Positions 12,528 to 24,911 of a stretch of 64,000 nt of DNA are shown piece by piece. The notes under the pieces were generated by a model, which did not search any database, had not been told where the DNA came from, and saw only the letters and a list, made by a program, of their open reading frames with translations. The stretch is from Octopus vulgaris (Eukaryota): NCBI GenBank assembly GCA_951406725.2, contig OX597837.1:26040001-26104000 (forward strand), in the 5' to 3' direction. Numbering within the stretch: position 1 is the stretch's first letter; each line of letters begins with the position of its first letter. The translations under genes and the position numbers were made by a program.

Positions 12528-13184
12528 AAAGTCATGGAACATATTGTTAGGAGGAAACTGATACCCAGCAAGGCTTCTGCTCAGAAAGAAGCCACCTTAC
12601 ACAGTTTTTGTAACATTATGACTGGGTGCTGTAACAACTAATGAATTGCTTAAGTTGGGATGTGATATTTCTTGATTTTGCAAAGGCCTTTGATAAGGTT
12701 GATCATGGGATATGTCATAAGCTACAAAGAGTCTTGGGGAACTAGGAGAGTGATTACATGACAAAAGAAAAGTTCATTTATTTATGGGGGTCAAAAACAA
12801 GATTAAACTTGGCCACAGGCCCTAATTGATTTCCAGTAATCCTCAAAAAGAAATGCAAAGGGTATTTAGTAAGACCACTACAGATTCTCTTCCAAAGCTT
12901 CCTTGCAAATGAGAGGCTTCCAAGAACTTTAAAGGAAGGTATAGTATTTCCTCTCCATAAAGGAATTAGCAGAGCAGATGTTAGCAGATGCTAACAGAAA
13001 CCAGGCTGTGGCAGCCAATGGTGAGTGGAATGCCTCAGAAAACTGTCTTGAGGCCACTGCTGATTGTGGTAGCTCTTTCAGATGTGCCATTAGTTAAACA
13101 GTGAACCACACTAACTAGCTCTGCAGATGACATAAGAGTAACACAAGCAATCAAGGAACCTTCTGATGCTAACCTTCTACAGAA

Positions 13185-13594
13185 AGGCGTAGGAGTGGCT
13201 GTGTGGTAAGTAGCTTGCTAACCAAACACATGGTCCCGGGTTCAGTCCCACTGCGTGGCATCTTGGGCAAGTGTCTTCTGCTTTAGCCCCGGGCCGACCA
13301 ATGCCTTGTGAGTGGATTTGGTAGGCGGAAACTGAAAGAAGCCTGTCGTATATATGTATATATATATGTGTGTGTGTATGTTTGTGTGTCTGTGTTTGTC
13401 CCTCTAGCATTGCTTGACAACCGATGCTGGTGTGTTTACGTTCCCATCACTTAGCGGTTTGGCAAAAGAGACCGATAGAATAAGTACTGGGCTTACAAAG
13501 AATAAGTCCCGGGGTCGATTTGCTCGACTAAAGGCGGTGCTCCAGCATGGCCACAGTCAAAATGACTGAAACAAGTAAAAGAGAGAGTAAAAGA
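13185..13594 (+). mobile_element. SINE family A
   Basis: Full consensus. Confidence 0.9.
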
Positions 13595-13681
13595 GAAAGA
13601 ACTGGACGCCATGTATAGATGGGCTGAAGAAAACAACATGCAATTTAATGCAGGAAAATTTGAAGCGCTCTGCTATTAACC

Positions 13682-14073
13682 ATCCCTTACAGCTGTTTCA
13701 ATTAATGCTCAATGAATTAATTGAATATTAAATTGATATGCAGCGCAAAATTTTGTCAATGAACAGGTCACAGTTTGTAGTGAAATCTAACGGTTTTTGT
13801 GTTGTTTTTTAAATGGCTTTTAAACACCTTCCACGCTGCAATTGTTTAAATTCAAATGCCCCGAGCAATAATACCTTCAGGGAGAAGAAAAAAATATATA
13901 CCTCTGGATGTTTTATATATGTTTTTATGGATTCATTATAGCAGACTGAATCACATATAGAAACACACAAGTAAAACATTCTTTTTCCCCATGCTGATGA
14001 TATTATGTTCAGGGCATACAAATTTAATATTTAATTAATTCACTGAGTATTAATTGAAATAGCTGTAAGGGAT
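13682..14073. mobile_element. MITE with about 53-bp terminal inverted repeats
   Basis: ATCCCTTACAGCTGTTTCAATTAATGCTC... matches the reverse complement of ...GTATTAATTGAAATAGCTGTAAGGGAT. Confidence 0.75.
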
Positions 14074-14142
14074 AATGATTGATTTGTTGCTAATACATAA
14101 ATAATTATTAACTTCCCTATCTCCATTTTATTTTTCTTCTTT

Positions 14143-15000
<858 letters not shown>

Positions 15001-15116
15001 ACATATATACACATTTACTTATATTTATGTAATTACATATATATGTGTGAGTCTGTATGTGTATATATATTTAGATCTCTCTCTCTCTCTCCCTATATTT
15101 ATATATACATACAGAC

Positions 15117-15152
<36 letters not shown>

Positions 15153-15594
15153 ACGTGCACATGTCTGTGTGTGGGGGTAATGCTGTTGATTGTATATGCT
15201 TATGATATATTTGTATATTTGTAATTAGTTGCAAAGAAATTCAATTTGTACTTGCTATATTTGATTGCCTCCAAAAGAAACATCTTTATGTGCGTCTGTG
15301 TTTATACAATGGAGTAAATAAGATATATCAGAAACCACATGGGATATTTCAATTAAGAACTACATTCAGGCTGAGCAGCAGCAACAGCAGCAGCAGTGGT
15401 GGCAGCAGCAGTGGTGGCAGTAGCAGTGGTGGTATGTGTAGATGTAATAAGCTTTGGTCATGTGATGTCAATAACATGCTGTACTGTTGCTGACATGCTG
15501 GAAGGAGAACTCCTCAATCACTGTTTTAACAAACAACCTTTTATCTTGCAAAGATTATATTTTACCGAACAATCAAATCCCATCTTTAACTACT

Positions 15595-16430
15595 TTTGGC
15601 ACTCTGTCGGGTTATGATGATAAGGATTCTTGTTGATCTGATCAACAGAACAGCCTGCTCGTCGAATTAATGTGCAAGTGGCTGAGCGCTCCACAGACAC
15701 ATGTACCCTTAATGCGGTTCTCAGGGTGATTCAGTATGGCACAGAATGTAACAAGGCCAGCCCTTAGAATTAATTACAAGTACAACTGATTTTTCCAGTT
15801 GAATGAACAGGAGCAATGTGAAATAAAGTGTCTTGCTCAAGAACACAATTCATCACTGGGTAGCACTAGTACAGATTAGAACCTACTACCTCCAGTTTTA
15901 AACTGAATGCAGTAAGATTGTGAAATAAAGTGTCTTGCTCAAGAACACAATTCACCACTGGGTAGCACCAGTACAGATTAGAACCTACTACCTCCAGTTT
16001 TAAACTGAATGCAGTAAGATTGTGAAATAAAGTGTCTTGCTCAAGAACACAATTCACCACTGGGTAGCACCAGTACAGATTAGAACCTACTACCTCCAGT
16101 TTTAAACTGAATAAAGTAAGATTGTGAAATAAAGTGTCTTGCTCAAGAACACAATTCACCACTGGGTAGCACTAGTACAGATTAGAACCTACTACCTCCA
16201 GTTTTAAACTGAATGAAGTAAGATTGTGAAATAAAGTGTCTTGCTCAAGAACACAATTCATCACTGGGTAGCACCAGCACAGATTAGAACCTACTACCTC
16301 CAGTTTTAAACTGAATGAAGTAAGATTGTGAAATAAAGTGTCTTGCTCAAGAACACAATGCACCACTGGGTATTGAACTTACCACCTTACAATCCAGAGA
16401 TGAATACCCTAACCATTAAGCCAACGCGCT
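15595..16430 (-). mobile_element. CORE-like SINE, head type D, with the 102-bp array expanded inside it
   Basis: Head GCGCGTTGGCTTAATGGTTAGG at 16429; tail shared with the 19341-19700 copy. Confidence 0.7.
15817..16370. repeat. 102-bp tandem array, block 1 (5 full units)
   Basis: AACCTACTACCTC at 15880, 15982, 16084, 16186 and 16288. Confidence 0.95.
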
Positions 16431-16542
16431 TTCTTTAACCCTGAAGATGTTGTGATCATCAATAATATATTTAAGTTGATTGTTGAAGACTAAAGACATA
16501 CCAGATTGTCATCAGGGAGCCTGTAGTCTTGGATGTGAACAT

Positions 16543-17235
16543 CAGCACCAGGACAGATTAGAACCTACTACCTCCAGTTTTAAACTGAATGCAGTAAGAT
16601 TGTGAAATAAAGTGTCTTGCTCAAGAACACAATTCATCACTGGGTAGCACCAGTACAGATTAGAACCTACTACCTCCAGTTTTAAACTGAATGCAGTAAG
16701 ATTGTGAAATAAAGTGTCTTGCTCAAGAACACAATTCATCACTGGGTAGCACCAGTACAGATTAGAACCTACTACCTCCAGTTTTAAACTGAATAAAGTA
16801 AGATTGTGAAATAAAGTGTCTTGCTCAAGAACACAATTCATCACTGGGTAGCACCAGTACAGATTAGAACCTACTACCTCCAGTTTTAAACTGAATAAAG
16901 TAAGATTGTGAAATAAAGTGTCTTGCTCAAGAACACAATTCATCACTGGGTAGCACCAGTACAGATTAGAACCTACTACCTCCAGTTTTAAACTGAATGC
17001 AGTAAGATTGTGAAATAAAGTGTCTTGCTCAAGAACACAATTCATCACTGGGTAGCACCAGTACAGATTAGAACCTACTACCTCCAGTTTTAAACTGAAT
17101 AAAGTAAGATTGTGAAATAAAGTGTCTTGCTCAAGAACACAATTCATCACTGGGTAGCACCAGTACAGATTAGAACCTACTACCTCCAGTTTTAAACTGA
17201 ATGCAGTAAGATTGTGAAATAAAGTGTCTTGCTCA
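16543..17235. repeat. 102-bp tandem array, block 2 (7 units, last one truncated)
   Basis: AACCTACTACCTC at 16562, 16664, 16766, 16868, 16970, 17072 and 17174. Confidence 0.95.
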
Positions 17236-18233
17236 AAAAAGAGACTGAATAAGTACTAAGCTTCCAAAGTATAAGTCCTGGGGTCAATTTGCTCGACTAA
17301 AGACGGTGCTCCAGCATGGCCACAGTCAAATGACTGAAACAAGTAAAAGAGTAAAGAGAGAGTATCCATTTGACTGACTTTTTGGCAAAACTTCTTTGAC
17401 TTAAACATCAAAGGAATCGGTGCTAAAAGGATTTTTGCGTCATATTTCTCTGAAAGATTTTAACTCTAATAAAAAAAAAGGCATATCGGTAAAGGAACAA
17501 AATATGTTTGAATATTTCGCAGCAATTTTGGCAAATAATATAAGGAATAAAAGAACGAAAAACAAAAACAAAAAACAAAAAAAAAAACCCCAGCAGAAGC
17601 TTCCAGAAAAATGGTGAAGATATTTGTTACTGAAGAACTAGAATGAAATGGCTCAATGAATATTTTCCAAAGGGAGATTTAATTTCTCGTTAGTCTCTAT
17701 TTCAAATGAACATCACGACTTCCGCATTTCAAAACTTCTAATTCCTCCTCCATATGTTCCGAGAGTCGTTTCAAGGGTCGTTCAGTGCAAAAGAAGTTCT
17801 TGCAGAAACTAAAAGCAAACAAACTCGATGGGAAAACGGTTTCCGGTTGAAAGGTGGTGTGTGGGGTGGGTGGATTTGGAGTTGGGGGAGGGGAGAATGG
17901 AGAAATCTATCTTGGAGTAAAGGGAGAAAAAGTGGGGGAAAACCTATAATATTAAAAACAAAAAAAGTGTTGTGAATATCAAGGACTAAAATATGCAGGC
18001 CCAGTTCAATCCTCAGTGAAGTCATTTGCTATCTAATAATTGTAATTAACAACAAGGTAGACAAGGGTTGTCATGGTTGGAGTGACTTGTCTATCATGTT
18101 ACATATAGATGAAATCTTCTTGAAGCAACATAGCAGCTTTGATATAGGTGCTTGCTATGCAAGAAATAATAGCCAAATCTCACCATTTTCATTCCTCAAA
18201 CATTTTGTAGAGAGGATCAAGTACTGTGGGCAA

Positions 18234-18570
18234 CATCATCATCATTGTTTAACGTCCGTTCTCCAAGCTAGCATGGGTTGGACGGTTCGACCGGGGATCT
18301 GGGAAGCCAGAAGGCTGCACCAGGCTCCGGTCTTATCTGGCAATGTTTCTACAGCTGGATGCCCTTCCTAACGCCAACCACTCTGTGAGTGTAGTGGGTG
18401 CTTTTTATGTGCCACCTGCACTGGTGCCAGGCGAGGCTGGCATCGGCCACGGTCGGATTGGTGCATTTTACGTGCCACCTGCACGGAAGCCAGTCGAGGC
18501 GGCACTGGCTTCGGCCACGATTCGGATGGTGCTTTTTACGTGCCACCGACACGGAAGCCAGTCGAGGCTT
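18234..18570 (-). mobile_element. RTE 3'UTR fragment
   Basis: (CAT)n then the reverse complement of the RTE 3'UTR modules. Confidence 0.8.
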
Positions 18571-18756
18571 CCAATGTAAATGGCTAATCCCCTCAGCTCA
18601 TAATTGCTGGCCTCAAATCTAAAGTATGAACAAGAGCAACCAGCATCCACCCATTCGTGGAATGACATCATCAGTCTTTAAGTTTCAATTTTATGACTGG
18701 CGAAAAGAAAAAGACAGAAAAAAAAGAAGAAAAAGGTAAGAAAAAATGAAAGGAAG

Positions 18757-18868
18757 GGTTCAGTCCCACTGCGTGGCATCTTGGGCAAGTGTCTTCTGCT
18801 ATAGCCCCGGGCCAACCAATGCCTTGTGAGTGGATTTGGTAGATGGAAACTGAAAGAAGCCCGTCGTA

Positions 18869-18902
<34 letters not shown>

Positions 18903-19108
18903 AGCGTTTGTGTGTCTTGTTTGTCCCCTAGCATTGCTTGAGAACCGATGCAGGTGTGTTTATGTCCCTGTTACTTAGCGGTTCGGCTAAGAATAAGAAC
19001 TAGGCTTACAAAAAGAATAAGTCCCGGGTCGAGTTGCTCGATTAAAGGCGGTGCTCCAGCATGGCCACAGTCAAATGACTGAAACAAGTAAAAGAGAAAA
19101 GAGAAAGA
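18757..19108 (+). mobile_element. SINE family A, 5'-truncated
   Basis: Begins at the B box GGGTTCAGTCCC. Confidence 0.85.
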
Positions 19109-19340
19109 GAATATTTCTCCTCATGCATTTTGAGTATTGAAAGGGAAGCAGATTGAGAATATTTTCTGAGAATATGCACTTCAAGCCTTTTTCAAAATTG
19201 CAGCCGTTTGAAACAAAATGTTCAGCAAGTTCTGTCGAACTACTGTTATTGTGCCTGATGTATACAAAGTGTATGTGTGTGCATTAAGTACAGAGCATTG
19301 AAAGAGTCTATAATAGGAGGTTAGAGGAATGTTCAGACAC

Positions 19341-19700
19341 ATAGGGCAGCGGACTCGCGGTCGTAGGATCGCGGTTTCGATTCCCAGACTGGACGTTGTT
19401 AGTGTTTATTGAGCGAAAACACCTAAAGCTCTACGAGGCTCCGGCAGGGGATGGTGGTGATCCCTGCTGTACTCTTTCACCACAACTTTTTCTCACTCTT
19501 ACTTCCTGTTTCTGTTGTACCTGTATTTCAAAGGGCCGGCCTTGTCACTCTCTGTGTCATGCTGAATATCCCTGAGAACTACGTTAAGGGTACACGTGTC
19601 TGTGGAGTGCTCAGCCACTTAGACGTTAATTTCACAAGCAGGCTGTTCCGTTGATCGGATCAACCAGAACCCTCGTTGTCATAACCGACGGAGTGCTTCC
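19341..19700 (+). mobile_element. SINE head type C with tail X
   Basis: Homologous to 2600-2800, extending to ...GTCATAACCGACGGAGTGC. Confidence 0.85.
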
Positions 19701-19967
19701 ATCCATTGTGCCTGATGTCAAAAGAACTATTGACCTCCGTTTCTGATTCCAAGAAAACTAACATTGGACTATCTGTACACTGTACCTTGAAAAAACAGCC
19801 AGAAGAGAGGTAAGCTCTGTTCATTGTGCAACAACACGAGTCAACTGAATTCCATCAGTAATCATAACAGAAATGTTATGATTTATACAAAAAGTGAGAC
19901 ATGTAGAGATTCCCATTTGGTGTACGTGACAGAATGCATGAAACACTACTTGATTTATGTTGGTTGT

Positions 19968-20123
19968 GAGTGGCTGTGTGGTAAGTACCTTGCTTATGAA
20001 CCACATGGTGCCGGGTTCAGTCCCACTGTGTGGCACTTTGGGCAAGTGTCTTCTACTATAGCCTCGGGCCGACCAAAGCCTTGTGAGTGGATTTGGTAGA
20101 CGGAAACTGAAAGAAGCCCGTCG

Positions 20124-20154
<31 letters not shown>

Positions 20155-20380
20155 ATATGTTTGTGTGTCTGTGTTTGTCCCCCCAACATCGCTTGACGAC
20201 CGATGCTGGTGTGTTTACGTCCCCGTAACTTAGCGGTTCGGCAAAAAAGACCGATAGAATAAGTACTAGGCTTACAAAGAATAAGTCCCGGGGTCGATTT
20301 GCTCGACTAAAAGGCGGTGCTCCAGCTTGGCCACAGTCAAATGACTGAAACAAGTAAAAGAGTAAAGAGTAAGAGTAAAA
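19968..20380 (+). mobile_element. SINE family A
   Basis: Consensus; inserted just after the Penelope YVG motif. Confidence 0.9.
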
Positions 20381-21602
20381 GATTTAATGTTGCACAGATA
20401 TGATGTCTGGGAGAAGAAGAGAAATTCTTGACAGAGCTTTCCAAACATTTTAGTTCAAACAACTGCAATTTTGAAAAAGACTTGAAAGAGCATAATCTCA
20501 GAAAATATTCTGAATCTGATACACTTTCAATACTCAAAATGCATGAGGAGAAATATGTTTGCGGATTATTAACATCACACCCTGGGGGAATGAATAAAGT
20601 GACAAGAGAATATCAAATTTACACAGAACTGTTTGAATATTCTCTTTTATTCTGTCTTTTTCTTTTCACTAGTTATAAAATTGATCCATCAACATGTGTA
20701 CACTGTTTGCTCTCGCTCATACTTTTGATTTAAATTTCTATAACTTTGAATTTTTATCACTTTTTATTTTGAACTAGACAAAACAGGCTTACTGTCGAAA
20801 TATCGTTCAACCAATAAAATATCTATTGCAATCGCATCGTGCCCTTCATCCTGTCTGCTTACCTTTGTGAAGAGTTACATCAATCCTTTTAAAATATCAT
20901 TATTATTATTTTTATCATTATTATTGTTGTTATAACGTGGTAAGCTGGCAGAAAATGCTGAGTGGCATTTTGTCTGTCTTCATGTTCTGAGTTTGAATTC
21001 TGCTGAGGTCGACTTTGCATTTCATCCTTTCAGGGTCAATAAACTAAGCACCAGTAAGACACTGGGAGCTCAATATAATCAACAACTCCCCTCCCATCAA
21101 ATTTCAGGCTTTGGGTGGTAGAACCAGTTGGACAATATAGCTTGTGGCATGTAATATCCTGAGTTTAAATTTTTTAAGGATCAATAAAATATAAGGAACT
21201 TTTTGTCCCCAGTTTTAGAAGAAGCGCATCAAATCTGTGTTGTAAGACAGGACCTCCAGGGTTGGCTACAGGAAGGACATCAAGCAGTAAAACACTCACA
21301 AGAAAGGAATCTTGATGAGAAAGATTCAAACTGTCATAGGGTCCTCAAAGCTATCTCTACTTTAGCAAAGAAAATGGTCCTAAATTGTTTATTGTCGAAG
21401 AACTGAGGTTGATTTTGTTGCTTGTTCCTCACCTCAACACCAGATGTGTGACATATATATATATGTTGGGCTTCTTCCAGTTTCCATCTACCAAATCCAT
21501 TCACAAAGCTCTGGTCAGCCAGAGGCTATGGTAGAGACACTTGCCTAAGGTGACATGCAGTGGGACTGAACCTAGAACTATGTGGTTGGGAAGCAAGCTT
21601 CT

Positions 21603-22572
21603 TATTTCTTTATTGCCCACAAGGGGCTAAACATAGAGGGGACAACCAAGGACAGACAAAGGGATGAAGTCGATTACATCGACACCAGTGCGTCACTGGT
21701 ACTTAATTTATCGACCCCCGAAAGGATGAAAGGCAAAGTCGACCTCGGCGGAATTGGAACTCAAGACATAAAGATAGACGAAATACCTATTTCTTTACTG
21801 CCCACAAGGGGCTACACACAGAGGGGACAAACAAGGACAGACAGACGGATGAAGTCGATTACATCGACACCAGTGCGTCACTGGTACTTAATTTATCGAC
21901 CCCGAAAGGATGAAAGGCAAAGTTGACCTCGGCGGAATTGGAACTCAGGACATAAAGATAGACGAAATACCTATTTCTTTACTGCCCACAAGGGGCTACA
22001 CACAGAGGGGACAAACAAGGACAGACAGACGGATGAAGTTGATTACATCGATCCCAGTGCGTAACTGGTATTTAATTTATCGACCCCGAAAGGATGAAAG
22101 GCAAAGTCGACCTCGGCGGAATTGGAACTCAGGACATAAAGATAGACAAAATACCTATTTCTTTACTGCCCACAAGGGGCTACACACAGAGGGGACAAAC
22201 AAGGACAGACAAACGGATGAAGGTGATTACATCGACACCAGTGCGTCACTGGTACTTAATTTATCGACCCCGAAAGGATGATGGGCAAAGTCGACCTCGG
22301 CGGAATTGGAATTCAGGACATAAAGATAGACAAAATACCTATTTCTTTACTGCCCACAAGGGGCTACACACAGAGGGGACAAACAAGGACAGACAAACGG
22401 ATGAAGTTGATTACATCGATCCCAGTGCGTAACTGGTATTTGATTTATCGACCCCGAAAGGATGAAAGGCAAAGTCGACCTCGGCGGAATTGGAACTCAG
22501 GACGTAACGGCAGACGAAAATACCGCTAAGCATTTCGCCCGGCGTGCTAACGATTCTGCCAGCTCGCCGCCT
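21603..22572 (-). mobile_element. SINE family B with five tandem 184-bp internal units
   Basis: Period 184 (21910, 22094, 22278, 22462); single head GGCGGCGAGCTGGCAG at about 22571. Confidence 0.9.
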
Positions 22573-23560
22573 TTTGGGAAGCAAGCTTCTTACCAAAGGA
22601 CCATGTCTGGGATAACAAAAAAAAAAACAAACAAGCAAACAAAACAAAAACAAAGATATTTTCTGAGAAGAGTTTGAAAACCACTGTTGTTAGTGAAAAA
22701 TAGGATTTAAATGTAGCAACCGTTTTCTTTTCAATATATAAAGAAAAAAGGAAAACATAACGGGAGGGCCCAAATGGGATAGTGGTGGTGGCGGGGAATT
22801 TCTCTTCTTCTCCCAGACAATGTTATGTAATTAGAGTATACATATCTCCCTCCCACAACTATATGGGTGGGGGTGGGGGATGGAAGGGAAAAACTTTCTC
22901 CAAAAGAGCCACCAAAAAAAAAATATACCCCCACCCCCCCGACAAATCCCAACAAATTGACATATCATTATTAGAGGGGATGAATTGTGTGTTTGTGTGT
23001 GTGTGTGTGTGTGTAGGGGTAGTGGTGCCATACTGTTATAAATAAATGGCTGTTGTCGTTGTTGTTGGAGGTGGTGGTGGTAGTGGTGGAGGGGAGCACC
23101 TGTGAAAGTTCCCATTGTTTAAAAACAAAAACAAAAAAAAATTAAAAAAATAAAAAAATACTGGGTTCTCTCATTATTTTTCTGGCTAAAAGAGATTTAA
23201 CTTTTGAGACAGCTCCACCTTCCCAGGGAAACGAAAAAACAACAACAACAGCCCCCACCCCCATATGTGGTGGTAGGGTGGGGGTGGGGTTAGAGGGTCA
23301 GTATTTCTGTTCAATGTACCCCACCATGTCTGTTTATTTTTATTTGCTTCAATTAAGTAATTTACTTTTTGAAAGGTCAAAAACACAACAACAACAACAA
23401 AACCTTTTTATCTTTTTTTTGTTGTTGTTTTTTTTTAAAGAGACAGAAATCAAGAGAATCCAATAAGTTTGGTTTGTTGTATGAAAGTTGTGACAAAAGA
23501 GCAACGGAGTTGCTCTCCAGAGCAGTAAGTTAACACAAGGAAAGGTTAAAGGTTAACCCT

Positions 23561-23604
<44 letters not shown>

Positions 23605-24176
23605 GAGAAAGAGAGAGAGAGAGAGAGAAAGAGAGACAGGGAGAAAGAGAGAGAGTGAGAGAGAGAAGAGAGAGTGTTCCTGGTGGTGGTTGTTTCCACC
23701 CCCTAAAAAAAAAAAACTGGACAACAAGGGGCAGCAGAGGGATTACTTTACACATGTGTTTCCTAGTCAGCGTGTGAACTAAAAATTCACAGAGAGGCCC
23801 TCATTCACAGAACAAAACAACAAAACGAAACCAAACTGCTGTAGTTCTTCTCTCCGCAGACAGGGACAGGACAGACATGTATCATTCATAGATGAAAGGG
23901 GTAAAGAGAAAGGTGGGGGTGAGGAGAGCGAGGGCGTAAAGGGATCATTTAGATACTCAGCCACTCGGCTAAGATTTCACTCCAGGTTCACATATTTAAA
24001 TACGCATTTTTGGGGGGTTTTTTTTTTAATGTTTTAATTTGCACTTTTTTCTTTATTCTCCGAAGAGGAGAAGGAGGAGGAGGTCCAAAGAGATCGGTTC
24101 CCAGTCTCGGTAGATTTACTTTTTATGTCTTTTGCTAAAGTACTCGGGAAAGGCATGAGCGTTATGATATCAGATA

Positions 24177-24911
24177 CTAGTAGTATAGCCCAGCGTTGCT
24201 CGGGTTTGTTTAATTTCTGACCCTTTAGACTTAGAATTTTTGAAAAGTAAAAATTTTGCATTATGCAGCTTGTTATTCTCATTAAGTGAACATTTTTCTG
24301 GTTGAAATACACCGAAAAATGGAGACACAGTAGCCAAAAAATCATAAAAAATAGGGATTTTCATAGAAAAAAAGCACCTTTTTGATGCAAATAATTTTTG
24401 GTGTTCAATTCTCCCACTGGGTGGCACATTGGGTCATTCAGCAAGGTATTTTATTGTATGTTGCTCTAGTATACTCAGCTGAAAATGAGTACCAGTGATA
24501 TTTTGGGGTTAGCTCTATGAATAAAAAATATCCTATTCAAGAGAGACACTTTTGTTGTTAGAATTGGAATTTTTGAAAAGTAAAAATTTTGCATTATGTA
24601 GCTTGTTATTCTCATTAAGTGAACATTTTTCTGGTTGAAATACACCGAAAAATGGCGACACAGCAGTCAAAAAATAATAAAAAATAGGGATTTTCATAGA
24701 AAAAAAGCACCTTTTTGATGCAAATAATTTTTGGTGTTAACATGGTCTGATTTGAATTTTTTCTTCTACGGAAGGAAGAGCAAGCCTTCTTCTATCATAC
24801 TCTCAATTTTGGTCAAGTTGTGCCACAGGGTCTCAGAGGATATAGTGTTAGTTGAAGGCTACCAAACCTGCCACACAGACACACACACAACTTCAGCTTT
24901 ATATATATAGA
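24177..24911 (-). mobile_element. Non-autonomous Helitron family 1 with internal duplication and insert
   Basis: A|TC start at 24911; CCCGAGCAACGCTGGG hairpin and CTAG|T end at 24177; 24227-24403 is repeated at about 24557-24735. Confidence 0.75.

Larger units (their letters stand above)
10205..13675 (+). mobile_element. CR1/Jockey-group LINE ORF2 relic (APE endonuclease + RT) interrupted by four SINEs
   Basis: GDFNHP, PTRSTNVLD, DHNL, GPNGFP, PLHKG...NYRPV, FLDFAKAFDKVDH, SADD and WAEENNMQFNAGK in collinear order across frames. Confidence 0.88.
19110..20830 (+). mobile_element. Penelope-like element relic (GIY-YIG endonuclease, C-terminus and 3' terminal motif) split by two SINEs
   Basis: 19810-19967 gives C..C...TCRDSHLVYVTECMKHYLIYVG (GIY-YIG motif); 20380-20640 gives ELSKHF..FEKDL..EEKYVCGLLTSHPGGMN; hammerhead-like end at 20769-20810; 5' boundary uncertain. 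Confidence 0.75.

Noticed and set aside
16542-17150. 202-aa ORF with a 34-aa repeat
   Set aside because: A by-product of the 102-bp SINE-derived array; equivalent units in block 1 contain TAG stops
15817-17235. CRISPR-like array (also considered for 34893-35193)
   Set aside because: Units are fully repeated with no unique spacers; eukaryotic context and no cas genes
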